DNA of 64,000 nt, from positions 9,796,001 through 9,860,000 of the forward strand of contig CAIIXF020000001.1 in assembly GCA_903813345.2 (NCBI GenBank), written 5' to 3'. Positions 13,386 to 28,300 of the stretch are shown here, in pieces (the stretch's first letter is position 1; every line of letters begins with the position of its first letter). The position numbers were made by a program, and so were the translations under genes. The DNA comes from Owenia fusiformis (Eukaryota). The notes under the pieces were generated by a model that saw only the letters and a list, made by a program, of their open reading frames with translations, ran no database searches and had not been told where the DNA came from.

Positions 13386-16300
13386 TTATTGAACACCTTC
13401 CAGTGTGTCTATTTCTCCTACATTGACACGATCTGGAGCCGCGTGAACAGAGAATCCCAAGATGCTTGGATCTAATTTTTGCATTTTTGACTTTTTCTTC
13501 TTATTTTTGACTGCCTTGTCATCATTATTGTTTTGTGTTTGACGGCCCTCATTAGGATTAACTGCAGGCGCTGGTCCCCACATGTTCTCCTGCAAAATGC
13601 AAAGACTTGTTTTAATAATCTTATGCATTGATATGTCAGTATGTGGTAAATCATATAATGAGTCGTATACCTTGAATTGTACTCAATATACAGTGTGATG
13701 ATCTGGACAGAACAAATTCTATCTTTAGACATAATACATATAACAAACAAACCTCAAAGGCAGATTACAATATCCAGAAACTTGATATCATTACAAGGTG
13801 AATGCTCTAAGCTTTACTAATGTGCTTTTTGTGTAAATGTGCTCGTCTCTGTAGAACTACAGTAAAACCTGTGTAAGTGGAACTCCAATGGTAACTCAAA
13901 AATAATGTTCCATTTGTTACACTTGCAGAGGTTCATTTTACATTAAGATTTGGGTAACTGGACTTCATTGAAGTATTCAACTCATTGAAGTGTTCAACTC
14001 ATTGAAGTGTTCCACTTACAGAGGTGTCCCACTACAGTGGTGTTCCACTTAACAGGTTTTACTCTTCAAACAATTCTCAAAATTACTTATTCTTTTAACA
14101 TTATTTAAATTGTATAGATTCATTCCCGATTACTAACCTCACTCTGATTCCTCTCCTGGTTGCGGCACTGACTACGTTTCTCCAGGAACGCTGTTGCGAA
14201 TGCCTGCGTGTCTCCAGTCTCACCCAGGTATGACTTCACATAATCGTGAACTTCATATGGAGAGTCCACATCTTGTAGAAATGCAACAAATGTGGGGACT
14301 GTAAACAAAGAGAACATTTTATGATTTACATTTTTGCTTTCTATAACTGATAAAATACAATCCAAATTACTTATTAACTCCTACTTATTGCTCTATTTCG
14401 TCTATTTCCCAAATATTGAATAGTGAATGTAACGTTATATACGCTGTATTATATTGTAATTTGTTCACAACTCATTTGGACTTTGGAGTATATGTTCCAT
14501 ATTTTATGCATGTAATAATGGAAGACAGACCAAGACCCTTTTATATGCAATTAAACAATTACACATCAGAACCTGTTACTACTCAGTTATTCATCCTTAA
14601 ACTTCTTGACGCAACAAGTAAAGTAGTCTTGCCTTGACCTGATCTAGCTTCCACTGAGCTAGAGGGTGGTGTGGTAACACACATCCTAGTCAAACTGGAG
14701 TTCATACACCAGATAGAGATAAAACACTCTTGCATGCTACCAGGTAAACAGGGCGTTTGGAACAGCCATGTACATAATACATGTAGGTACCTTATATACA
14801 TCATAAAGACCTACTATCAACAGAAGCATTTAATCCTTTCAGAGCATTGTGGCACCATTGTGTGAAATCATCCTGGGGTGGGGACCGAGCCTGGAATAAC
14901 CTCTGCACCATTTCTTCCTCCTTCTTTGACCTTGAAGGCCCTTTAGACTTATTGCTGGTATTCACTGGCCCATTAGATGAATTACTCAATGACTGTAGAC
15001 TCGGGAATCCAGTTTTTCTGAAAATTATTACGGTAGTGTGTTAAGCACATAATCACAATGCATGTATGACTTACTGCACTTAGCATACTGCACTTTTACA
15101 CCTAGCATTATTTGACTTCAAACAGAAGTGAAGGTTATCCACAAATGATAAACTCATTGCACTGAGTAGTTAATTTCCTTTGGAATAACAAAAAAAAACA
15201 TATGAGTTAAAAGTTTTCTTACAGGTGTTTTTATGAAAAATAGCATGCTCCATCAAGCTGGACAAATTCTTCGATGACAACCCATGCTTCTATGCATTCC
15301 ATTGTTTAAACATTAGTACTTACCCTGTATTATTTTTCTGCTGTTGACTACTATTGCTGACCTCCCAGAAGCCGCCAGCATTTGCTTTATTGGCCCCCCA
15401 AGCACCTTCACTGGCCCAAGTAGCTGCATTAGCTCCACTATTCCATGTAGCTGCTGCAGCTATAGACATCTGTGCCTGCAATGTCACAAAGTAACAAATA
15501 ACAAGTCAAACATAGAAATAAATTTCACTATACATTCATTTTTGTTAGGTTAATTTGACATGACAAAGTTTTTAAGGGTTGAATAGTCAGATTAATGCTT
15601 GCGAGCTTAATATACAGATTTACAGTAATTCACATATAAATATAATAGGACCTTATAGTTGTTGGAGACCCATTGCAGTTGTAATGTGCCAATGTATGTT
15701 TGTTGAACTGGATGGTTGGGTGTAGCTTACCTTGTTAGCTTGGGCTTGTTGTTGCTGCTGCTTACGCTGGTGATCAGCTTGCAACTGGCGCGCCTGCTCC
15801 TCTTGTATCTCTAACAGGGACTTACCAGAGTTTGCCCTAGAATATATAAAAGTTTTAGTTGCTCAGATATGGATATGATAAATATCATATGAAATGTTAT
15901 CAGTTTCAAAGATTGCATTTTCAAGTAAAATGATGTATTTTTTTATTAATTGAACAGCTATATTGAATATTCATTCTGGTGCAGAGATCTTATGCCATAT
16001 AATAAGGCATCAGCTTATAAAACTTGAACCAAATCCGTCAAATGGTATTTGAGCTATCACCCAGACAGACGAATGGATGGATGGCTTCTCTACATCTGTA
16101 TTCAAACTTCATACAGTCGGATAATAAAGAATTAATTGATTTGTTTAGAGAATAAGAAGACATGCTTTCATATACATTTTAATGTAAGAACTTACTGCGC
16201 CTGTGCAGCTGCCCAAGACTTCTGCTGCTGGGCCTGTACTATTGCCTGGAGCTGCTGCCTCTGTATGTCTATCTGTCGCTGTCGCTGAAAGTAAATAACA

Positions 16301-19300
16301 TTTTGGAACATGAATGGGAAGACTATCTTACTACTACGAAACTATGCATTTACTGAAGTTAAATACTAATAATCAGAAAGGGTCTTACAATCTTGATTTG
16401 CATAAGGGTTTTTTGGTGAAGTAATCAAAAGAAGCTTGTTACAGGATTCAATCCAATGTGTTGATTCCTTGAAAACAGAGCTCTGTTATGAAATCTTAAT
16501 TTATGTTCTTATTGAAATCTAAATTTTCAGTGAGGTTCATTGGTATCGATAATGATCAGCTCAAGCCTGGCAGAACATTTTCTGACATCTAGCTGATATT
16601 TTTGTAATCTAAGTTCTCACCTCCTCCTGTTCATTCCTCTCTTTTTCCTCTTGCAGTTTCTGTATCTGTGCAAGTGAGAGAGCCTGACTGCCTGCAGGGG
16701 GAGACACTCCTTTGCCCCACTGGGCAGATGTAGGAAGCTGAAATATGCAACATAGAGACAATATTAGACACTGTCAATGAGGGAACCTGCCTGCAGGGGG
16801 AGACACTCCTTTGCCCCACTGGGCAGATGTAGGAAGCTGAAATATGCAACATATAGACAATATTAGACACTGTCAATGAGGGAACCTGTCCGCAGGGGGA
16901 CAATTGTTGTGATTTACTGTTGATAACCCTCACATATCAAGTCAGCATCAAATCAAGCTTAACATGCTATCATGCAGAACCGAAGGGAATAATACGTAAA
17001 CATAGAACAACCAATGAAAGCAACCCGTCTTGCAAAATGTTAATAATAAATGTTCTACTCACCTGTATGTTAGCTAACTGTTCTTGTTGCAGCCTTTGTA
17101 AGGCTTCTTGCTGCTGTTGCCTTTGTAATTCTTGAGCTTTTTGTATCTCCTACACAATACATAGCACTGTTAGTAAGTAATAACAAGCAGTGATGCATCA
17201 TAGCTACACATGTGAAGTATAGACAGGAATACCTGTCATATAAGCGCAATTGAAACTGCAGAACCAATGCTAAGGTTTGGAAATGACAAAATGGCAGTTT
17301 TCTAAACAACAAAACTTTGACTTTTTCAAGATTTTTCGGAACGATCGTATGCACTATATTCAAGACTTCAAGAGCTCTTTATGCTCCACCCATTGGGGTT
17401 CATATTGCATGGCTCCTCCTTGAGTGCTTTAGTTGGAATAATACCAAGGGGGATATTGTGCAATATTTTACCAACATTTATTTTACTTGTGATAGCCATT
17501 TTGCATTTTAATAAAAAAAAAAATAGTGGAGAATCTGAACAGTGCAAAAGGAGTAACATGAAATGGACATGCTCAAGATTAGAATCAAATTGAAAAACTA
17601 ATCTTAAAACCATGCAATAAAGCACTGTATAGCACTGACCTTCCTGGGAATATTTACTTCAACCGAAACACAAATATTAGCATAAAGAATTGTCAATATG
17701 TATCAATGATATTGTGTTTTCAGTTCAGTTAAAGTGATAATTCCCAAGAAGTGAATATATTGGCCTCTGGTCCTATGGCGTTTCAATGTACAGTGTACAT
17801 GTATACTGCACCCACCTGGACTTGTCTCCTTTGTATTTCAAGCTGCCTTTGTTCCTCTTGTCTTCTCTGCATCTCAGCCTGTCTCTGCATCTCTTGCTTC
17901 CTTGCCATCTCCTCCTGTTGTTGCTGTTGCTGTCTCTGGAGTTCAATCCGCCTCATCTCCTCCTCTCTTTCCTGCCTGATACGCTCTTCCTCAAGCTTCC
18001 TTCTCTCTTCTTGCTTCTATAAACAGTCAATGTGTATACTTCACATGTGTAGCTATGATGCATCACTGCTTGTTATTACTTACTAATTTAAAGCCTAGAA
18101 ATATCAAAACATATCCCACCACAGAGCAAGAAACACTATACACTTAGATAATCATAATATTGATAAGATGTGAATATATTCTGTTTATGAAACTGAAAGG
18201 TCTGCTGTATATTCTTGAACAAAGGACTCCAAAGGAGCTAGAATGGTGTTTACCTGTTGTTCAATGAGGTGTTGTCTCTCAGCCTCTTGTCTCTGGGCCT
18301 CCTCTAATCTCCTTCTCTCCTCTTCTTGTCTTCTTGCATTCTCTTGCCTCTCTTCCTCTTCCTGCACATACAACACATTATGATGGATTTATATTTCATT
18401 CTAATTGCAAGTCTCAGCATTACTAGAGAATCTAACTTTCCCATCTTGATACCATGTAAACTTAGGCGGACATGATATGTACTAAATCTCTTTTATTTCA
18501 ATTTTTGATGATGGGCGATCATATCTGTGCCACATTTTGAATGTTGACTAGTTTTAGGTTTAACTGAGGTTCGGCAAAATCACTTGTTTCTAAAATATTT
18601 TAGAAATTTGAAGATTTACCTTTTGAGCTTTGTCTCTTTCAAGTCTTCTCATTTCTTCAGTATTTTGTGACTTGGTTGGATTCAGATCCCAGACACTGTT
18701 AGGTTGTGACCATGCCGCTCCTGGAGATCATGGCATAATACATTCACAATATTTCAATATTATAACACTTTAAAATGCCTTAAACTTCACACTAATTAAA
18801 TAGAGTAAACCACAGCTGTTTTTGTAATCTAATCCTCAGTCAAGATTTAACATGATTTATATTTTTTCTTTAACAATTGTTTATTCTAAGTCACTCACTG
18901 ATTGTCGCCTTGAATGCCCAATAGTAAACATACAGACAACTTTCATAGAGAAGAAGAGAAGTCAGAAGAGTACCACCATGAGTTACATAGAGGGTGTACT
19001 AGATATAGTATAAAGAGCCTAACCTGATGTTGGTGGGTTCTGCCAGTTGTTTGCATTGTTTTCCTCCAAAGAGGGTTGGGACAGGGAGCGCTGGAATGCA
19101 GGGTGGTCAGGATCTGCAGGCTGAGACACTGACCTCTGGAGGCCTGGGTGATCAACAGATCTGAAACACATACATTGCAAATAACACATTACACATTACA
19201 ATGCAAAAAGATGCAAACAAAAAGTAAAACTGGTTATTTCAAAGATCTCTCGTGGTAATGCAAACAAGGCACTGACATGTTAAATGTCACCACCTGCCAT

Positions 19301-22300
19301 TTGTTACAGATGCTGAACACCAACTGCCGAATGCCAACAACCAAATGCTGACAATCAACCGCCAAACACAATCCACAAAAAGTAGGAGACTATAACAATA
19401 TGTCCCCATTTCTATTGGTGACATAATCAAATGACAGTATGAACTATTATGTTGAGCGCTAAATCCATGAATAAACTGTTATTATTGTAACACACAGTAG
19501 AACCCACCTTGGTGAGACTTTTTGTGGCTGTGGTTTACCCGTATTATTCTGAGGAGTTTGCTGGGCTGCCTGTGGTAGCAGACCTGTCTGCTGTTTCAGG
19601 AGCAACTGCAGAGCCAGCTGCTGTTGTTGCTGAGGGTTCAGCTTGGCAAACGCCTCCTGTTGGCCCAACTGTTGAAGTAATGCCTGCATCTGGAGTTGCC
19701 TGTAAGTACACAAGAAAACTAGGCATTAACATCCAAAATGTCACCTCTTGCCATTTGCTACCGACACCAACTTACATAATAATAATTATAAAATTTAAGG
19801 GAAAATATACATACAAATATTGACTGTATCTGGTTGTCCAGCAGTACAGGATCCTATCAAGCTCCTCTTTGATTTATAGAAATGACTGATGTGCAACTAT
19901 ATATGGTTGGTTGATGGGAGTTTCATGGGAGGAAATTACATCAAACAACACTAAGTCCATGTCACAATAATTGATGTTGTATGCCATTGGATACATATTG
20001 ATTCGATATACTGTTACAGTAATCTCATACAATACAGTGCAAATAAGTTCATGTATCTGTACAGGTATATCAATATCAGAGATTAGGAAGAGCCTTTAAC
20101 CCAACTGTATCTGCATTGCATATTGCTTTTTTGCTGTGTATACAAACATTGAATCAATAATTATTTGTCAAGCACCTTTAAATCACACATGTACTCCGAC
20201 AAAACAAAAGGAGTATTCTTCATTAGTCTAGAATAACAATGTTCACAATGACATCTAAATTATCATTAGTCCGTACTGTGCATGCATATGTACATGTATA
20301 TCAAGATTGAAAATCTGCATGTAGCATATTGCCATGTATACAAATAAACAATGAAAGGTCAGTATAACATTGTATGTCATGTCATTCATTACAGCTGACA
20401 AAGTGGAAGTAATATACATCGCCTGATCGATTTGTGCAGACCCAGGCGATGTCAGACAGTGTCACTCATTGCACAGTGTCAAGTAGGCAAAATAGATATG
20501 TTTTTCATAATTTGATGCAAATGAAGTCGTGAAACCTGTAAAATTGAACACCTCTAGAAGTGGAACACCTCTGCTAGTGGAACACCTCTGCTAGTGGAAC
20601 ACTTTTCAGGGTCCCAAGTCCAACTGACTTAATGACACCTCCAAAGTGCAACACTTTTAAGAGGTACCAAAGGTGTTCCAATGTTTAACTGTACAGGAAT
20701 AGAAAGGGAGTTTTTACCCCTCTCTGTTACATTTTAATGTGTTTTGAATTAGTCTGAACTGATTACCCAGTAGCGTTTTATATGACACCCATTTTGAGAG
20801 GTGGAAAAAGTCATTCACCTGTCTGTATTTTTTAAAACATGCTAGTGCATTGCAGGACAACACAATCTACAAGCGACAAACCAGAATATTGATCCACCTT
20901 TCCAATGAATTTATAAATCACTTGTGAACATTATACAGACTGAACGTGCAGAATATATTGTACAGATAACACAAGCTTTGGGGAAGGTATGGTGTAGGTG
21001 TATATATTCAAATATTCAAACATACTTTCGGAATGTACATCCAATGGTAGAACTCTATCTGGTATTTATAAATGAAAGGGGAATCATATAAAGCAAAAAG
21101 TTTTTTTTGAAGTACCTACCTCATTAGGGCTTGTTGTTGTATGAGCTGCTGTTGCATGAGATATTGTTGCTGCAGGGCCCTCACTTGGTCTGGAGTGACA
21201 GCTGAGGGTGTGGGGCCACTGGGGGCAGCCACAGATGTTGGGGCGGTCTGTTGCTGGGGTTGTTGTTGTTGCTGCTGCACCGGGTCGGGTTGGTCCTTAC
21301 TGTCAGCCTCAGTATTAGGATTATTCTAAAATAAAAATGTAAAAGATCTTTAAAGTTCAGATTTTATCATGATTGATTAAATCAAAAAATGACGAAGGGA
21401 ATTCAAAAATAAACAAACCTTTTTTGAAAAATTTATGTCTCGCTACAGATACTGTAATGCAGGCTATAATGCTCCCGTGACTAGCATAATTTACAAGTGT
21501 GCACAGATACAGAGAAGAAAATTTGATCTACAGAATTTGTTCTTGCACCCTTAGGTGCTATGATAATGTGATCAGTGTTTATTATTTGTTGGAGATATTA
21601 AAAGGCTACTCACAAGTAAAGGTGGAGGTGGCGGACCAGGAAGGAAGGGTACTCGATTCCAACGTTTTATAAGTTCCCCTTAAACACAAAAGACGAAACT
21701 GCTACAGAATACAACATACATGTTACATATTTGAATGTATATATTTCTAGAAGGCATGCAACTTGAAATATAGGTTTTTAAGAAAATCACAAGTGACAAC
21801 TGAAATGTCCATTTGAGCAATTACAACATGATTGCGCTTCCACTGTTGTACAAACGTTTAAAATAGGATTATAAAATTAAAACAAATGAAGTCAAAGATT
21901 TTCTTCTATATGTCTAGCATTTGTGTATAATTAGGTGACAAACATATTCCCTTGGAGATCAGACATCTATACAATTGGTAAGGTAGACATTTATCTTACC
22001 TAGTGGTTGGAATCGTTCATCACAGCCTCGTTTGATTAGCAGATTCATTGTAAAATAACCCGCACTAAACCATTCAGCCATCTCATCACTGGTGAATGGT
22101 CCTAAAATATGACAATTAAATAAATATGTATGCATCATTGTAATTATCTTCAAGGAGTGGAGCTCATGAAAGTTTGTTGCTTGATTTGATATTATTTGTT
22201 ACATAAAAGGTGTTCTCGGCAATACTGAGTAGTATTACATACATAGCGAAGCATTTGTATGGAAGTCAATGGGAAAGTAAGCAGGCTGGGCTATATCCAC

Positions 22301-25300
22301 AGAGGTTATGTCACTATGACGTTCTTGCCCAAATATAGAGCCTCCCAAGATCGGCCTATATTGGGAGGGGGAGAACTCAGGCATACTTCACATCATAGTG
22401 ACATATTTTTCACATCATAGTGACATATTTTTCACATCATCACGCCCGGTGATCGTGAAAATGGGACGGAAGGGGGGGAGCAAGCAATTTCTGGTAGAAA
22501 AATGAACAAATCTGCAAAAATTATTTTTTCAAGAAAAGGTTTATGATTTAATTGCTAAACGAATAGGCGCACGGTATGGTAAAATATGTCACGTATTCTA
22601 CGAATTTTTTTTAGCCGATTCTATTCTTAGGTATAAGATCTATTAAAAAAGGCGCAACGCCGCCAACGTGCAAAAGTCAATGTTTTTGCTTTAAATCAAG
22701 CATCAACGGTCTACACAACCTGCAATAAATATTTGTAAGTGACATTATCATTATAAAATTAATGACCTTAATGACATTACAAAATACGTTTCCATATGTT
22801 GTATAAAAAATAATCGAAAATAATTAAAATGGGACGGAGGGGGGAGGGGACGGAGGGGGAGCAATATGTCTATAAGTTATGATATGAGATGTTACTTGAT
22901 ACTTTATATCCAGATTTTCCCATTATCTCCTCAATTACAAAGGGTCAGGAATTGATAACATGTTGTACTTGTTAGGTTTAGTTAGAGGGGTCAAATTAAG
23001 GTTGGCAAAATATTCCAGGAGACTGTTTATCTATAAATGTTTACCTGTCTTAATGTTTTTACTTGCTGATTTGTAGGCATATCATACACAGCACATCACA
23101 CTTTGGACATGTAAGTTTCAGCGAAAATGTAAGTTATTCACAGCGAAGTAACAATCTACTTGATATTAATTATGCGATATATTTTAATTATGCAGAATTG
23201 AATAAATACAAGAAGCTCACGCGTCTCCAACTCACGACCTGATGGTTATGACGTCTTTGTCTAGCTGAGATTCTGGCGCTGTAGACTGCTCGGCCAACTG
23301 GCAATGCCAAAAAAAACATGTTCCATCAGCCGATCTGACTAGAGAATTTACACTTAATAGTCTGCTAGGAAGGTTCCCAGTCAATGTGCCACATTCATGC
23401 CATGGGTGCAACCCCTATTACGCCAAAGAAGCGTAACAAGTCATTTTTTGAAAATGAAATAAAAATTTGTTAATTATTTGAAAATTGTTTTGTGTGCTTA
23501 TTAAATCAGTAAGCCATATCTCATCCGGTTTCCATTGGGACAGGCTCAAATCGTTCTGATATCAATGTTTTTGCATGCTCAAGATTCTCTATTTTGAAGA
23601 AATACAAATGCATTGTCAATGTATGTTAATAATTTCACTGTCCACATAATTTTAAATCTAAGCAATATAGTTTCTATATGCATGGATTGTCGCTTGGTGC
23701 TATGGTCTCTCATCATGTCGTATAGACATTTTGCTCCCCCCCTCCGTCCCCTCCCCCCTCCGTCCCATTTTAATTATTTTCGATTATTTTTTATACAACG
23801 TATGGAAACGTATATTGTAAAGTCATTAATTTTATGATGATAATGTCACTTACAAATATTTATTGCAGGTTGTGTAGACCGTTCCATTTTCACGATCACC
23901 GGGCGTGATCATAGTGACATAACCTCTAAAGTCTAAATGCATGAATGTAACACATATTACCAGTGCGCGAAATAGACGTCCGACATCGGCCATTGGCCTG
24001 ACAAAATTATAGATGGCTTGTTTTGATAAAAACACCCAGACATTTTGGCCTGCCAGACATTTGTGGCATTCGTTAGATTGCCCATGAATAGAACCCACAT
24101 TTCAGTCCGGAAATCCTCTGAATTCCCCGCGATTTCGGCTTATTCCATGACTTTTGTTGAAGATTTAAAAAATTTCAAATATTTTTGTTTTCATACTGAA
24201 GCCCAAGATATAACGTGACTTTTGATTGGCTGTTGTTGTTTGTTGAAATTACGGTGATTTTGATTGGCTATGGATGACTCATTTCTTCATCGTCGTTCGC
24301 AAATCGAGTGCATTATCAGTATGCCGGATGTAGAAAAGAAATTGAAAAATCGAGCCGGCATCTAAGTCCAAAAAGTCGGCAGTTTGGAAGTATTTTGGGA
24401 CTCCGATATCACAAGGTAAACGAATTGGTGATAGTTCACCATGCAGACTATGTGAAATGCCGATCACATTCACGGCAGATGCTTTATATTCGATTTTAAT
24501 TGACGTATTTCTGAATATGATTTTGAAAAGTGAAACTGAAAGTGAAACTGTCATCATCAGACATTGTATCATTTTTAATGTTCTGTCCCGTCCTGTCTCG
24601 AAAGTATCGTGTCCCGAGACCATTTGTACCATTCCGTACCGTACCGAAATTTATTTGGACCGTGACACCTCTAATATATACCTTGAATTTTAGTCTGTTA
24701 GTGGAGTCTGTGTACATAGTATGTGTTTTTGAATACCTTGAAGCTTCTGAGAGCAATTCTAAACCGACCAAAATCAGTACAATTTAGTTTGATCAATATG
24801 TACATGTTCCTCATGTTTTTGTAAGGTGAATCTAGGGGGGAATCAACACACCCAGGCTGTTGGTTAAGTCATCAAGTACAGTATAGTGAATGATACATGA
24901 CATGCAATGGAATTAGTTTTACTTTGTTAATATTGTACTAAACTAAATCTCATTTTAGAGTGGTTGTGGAGAAATATGGAAAATGAAATTTTTGGCCAGA
25001 GAAGTAAGAAACAGGCTGCAAAAAATTGGCCTGAGAAAAAATGATATGGCTGGTTAAAATCTGGCTGGCCTGCCAAAATGTCTAGGTTAAAAAAATCCTT
25101 ATTTCACGCACTGATTACATATCCAAATACCTTGGAGATCTTGTTGAGGGTCCTTATAGAACCATTTCTTAGCATCTTCATGGGCTAAAGGCACTGCTCC
25201 ATTCTCTATCTGTGCTTTTTTATCTGATTTCTCGTCCTCCTGAAAATGGACATTTAGTTAGTAAAATACTTCAAAATTGTACATTCAATGATGTAACTAA

Positions 25301-28300
25301 CCGTTTTAATTAGGGCCTTTCTTTATGGCCATGTTACAAACGTATAATAAAATAAAAAATACCTCTGCTGTCCAAGTGGCTACAAGATTCTCAGCTGCCT
25401 CTTCGAGATGATGGAAATCAGCCTCAGACATTGATATATTCTGATCCACATCATCATTAGCCCCTCCATCCTTACTAATCCCTTCTCCTGGCACAATACC
25501 ATTTGACTTAGAAGATTCATTGACAACAGGTTGGACATCTTGAGGAGCAACCCTATCACATGTTTCAGTGTCCACAGATTTTTCCTCAATTTTATTTTGC
25601 ACCTTTTTATTTGTAGTCTTTTTAGTTTTACCCACTGGTTCCTTATCTTTATTTATATTGTCTTTGGCTATCTCAGGGGTGGGGGATACAGAGATTTTCT
25701 CTTGCTTGGCAATGTCAGATTTACTAACTGGTTTCTTAAGTTTATCAGTTTTGGTTGGACCAGAGTTTTTATTTTTATTGTTTTTGTTAGTAGATTCCTC
25801 TTGTTGTTGTTGCTGCTGTTCCTCTTTGTCTTTCTCTGGTGATTTAGATACAGACTGAAAGTGAACAAGACACACAGTGATAAATATCGCACTTTGAAGA
25901 GCAAACTGGCCACCATGCAATTTACCCAGCATGGCCAAAACCTAATCAGACCTTGGCACTAGTCTGCTCTTGCATCTGTAAACATTTCAAGTTGACAAGG
26001 TTAGCGGTTTTCCTGCAATTTTGATGACAAGAATTTATTTGTAGTCTTGAACTTTGGGAAAATTTAGATAACATTGTTTGTGACCTAATTTGATGACCTT
26101 CGACCTCGAAAATTTCACTTTTTCAGACCTCAGTAGGTCTTTTGTAATTAAGCTGACCTAAATTTAAATCCAAAATATCAATTTAGAAAATCAAATTTTT
26201 GACCTTTTCAAGGTCACTGAAGGTGAACGAAAGGTCAAATCTGAAATCTAAGGTCAGATTTGAACTTCTGAGAACTTGTAGATGTTTTTAAAAAAAAATT
26301 TGGTCAATTTGGAGCAAGTTGAAAAATTCAAAATGGCCGCCAAATTGAAAAATTCAAAATGGCCACCATGTAATTCAGCCAGCATACCAAAAACCTAATC
26401 AGATCTTGGCAATAGTCTGCTCTTGCATCTGTAAAAATTTCAAGTTGAACGGATAAGTGGTTTTCCTGGAATTTTGATGACAAGATTTTTTGAAAAATTC
26501 AAAATGGCCGCCACGTAGTTTACCCAGCATGCCCTAAACCTAATCAGATGTTGGCACTAGTCTGCTATTCCATGTGTGAAAATTTCAAGTTGAACAGGTT
26601 AGCGGTTTTCTTGGAATTTTGATGACAAGAATTGATTTGTAGTCTCAAACTTTGAGAAACTTGGATAACATCATTTGTGACCTAGTTTAATGACCTTGAC
26701 CTTCGACCTTGAAAATTTCACTTTTTCAGACCTCAGTAGGTCTTTTGTAATTAAGCTGACCTAAATTTAAATCCAAAATATCAATTTAGAAAATCAACTT
26801 TTTGACCTTTTCAAGGTCACTGAAGGTGAATGAAAGGTCAAATCTGTGACCTAGTTTAATGACCTTGACCTTCGACCTTGAAAATTTCACTTTTTCAGAC
26901 CTCAGTTGGTGTTTTGTAATAAAGCTGACCTAAATTTAAATCCAAAATATAAATTTAGACAAGAACACAAATGTGTACAAAATGTCCCCACCAATGGGTG
27001 ATCCCATCAAATGGTTATCCTGAAAATGAGTAGACAAGACTTTACCAACACAATTTTAATTGATCCACGACACACAGTTAACTAGAAAACATGTAAACAA
27101 GACTTTACAGACAAGATTTTAGGATGGAAAATCCAAAATGGCTGCCTTGACATTTACCCAGAATGTCAAAAAACTAATCTGTTCCTAGATTTTCATACTA
27201 AGAATCATCCCTGAAAATATGACATTGATCTACCAAATGGTTCACCTGAAAACGCGTAGACAAGACTTTACAGACAAGATTTTAGGACAGAAAATCCAAA
27301 ATGGCTGCCATGACATTTACACAGAATGCCAAAAAACTAATCAGATGTAGATTTTCACACTAAGAATCATCCCTGAAAATTTGAAATTGATCTACCAAAC
27401 GGTTCACCTAAAAACGCGTAGACAAGACTTTACAGGCAAGATTTTAAGACGGAAAATCCAAAATGGCTGCCTTGACATTTATCCAGAATGCCAAAAAACT
27501 AATCAGATCTAGATTTTCATACTAAGAATCATCCCTAAAAATTTAAAATTGATCTACAGAACAGTTCACCTGGAAATGCATAGACAAGACTTTACAGACA
27601 AGATTTTAGGACAGAAAATCCAAAATGGCTGCCTTGACATTTGCCCAGAATGCCAAAAAACTAATCAGTTCTACATTTTCATACTAAGAATCATCTCTGA
27701 AAATTTGAAATTGATCTACCAAACGGTTCACCTGAAAACACGTAGACAAGACTTTACAGACACGATTTTAGGACGGAAAATCCAAAATGGCTGCCTTGAC
27801 ATTTACCCAGAATGCCAAAAAACAAATCAGATCTAGATTTTTATACTAAGAATCATCCCTGAAAATTTGAAATTGATCCACCAAACGGTTCACCTGAAAA
27901 CACGTAGACAAGACTTCACAGACAAGATTTTAGGACTGAAAAATCCAAAATGGCCGACAATAAAAAAGTGATTATGTGTTTTTGCTGATTTCTTCTTACA
28001 AAATTATCACATATTACTACTGTTAACAATAACATAGGCTTTTACAACAAAGTAGATCTGAAATTATTTATAAAGCTACTAAATAGTTAAAGTATGAAAA
28101 CTCAAAAACACCATTCAATATGATACAAAGTATTATCGTGCGCTAACTTTTCTTAAGACATTCAAAATGGCTGACATGACTGAGCTAACAGTTCCAAAAC
28201 CTAATCAGATCTAGAATGAAGTGAGCTGAACAAGATGTTAAAGTTTTAAAAGCAACTGTGAAGCCGTTTTTCTTAAAGTTTGCAGACAAGGATTTTAGCA

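Noticed and set aside
17751-21329. Plus-strand Cys/Leu-rich ORFs (also 25531-25858)
   Set aside because: Antisense shadows of Gln/Glu/Lys-rich GIGYF exons.
24279-24787. Overlapping 60-117 aa ORFs
   Set aside because: They lie inside a non-autonomous TIR element and have no recognisable motif.
27549-27836. 95-aa ORF with an internal repeat
   Set aside because: Translation of the 162-bp satellite.
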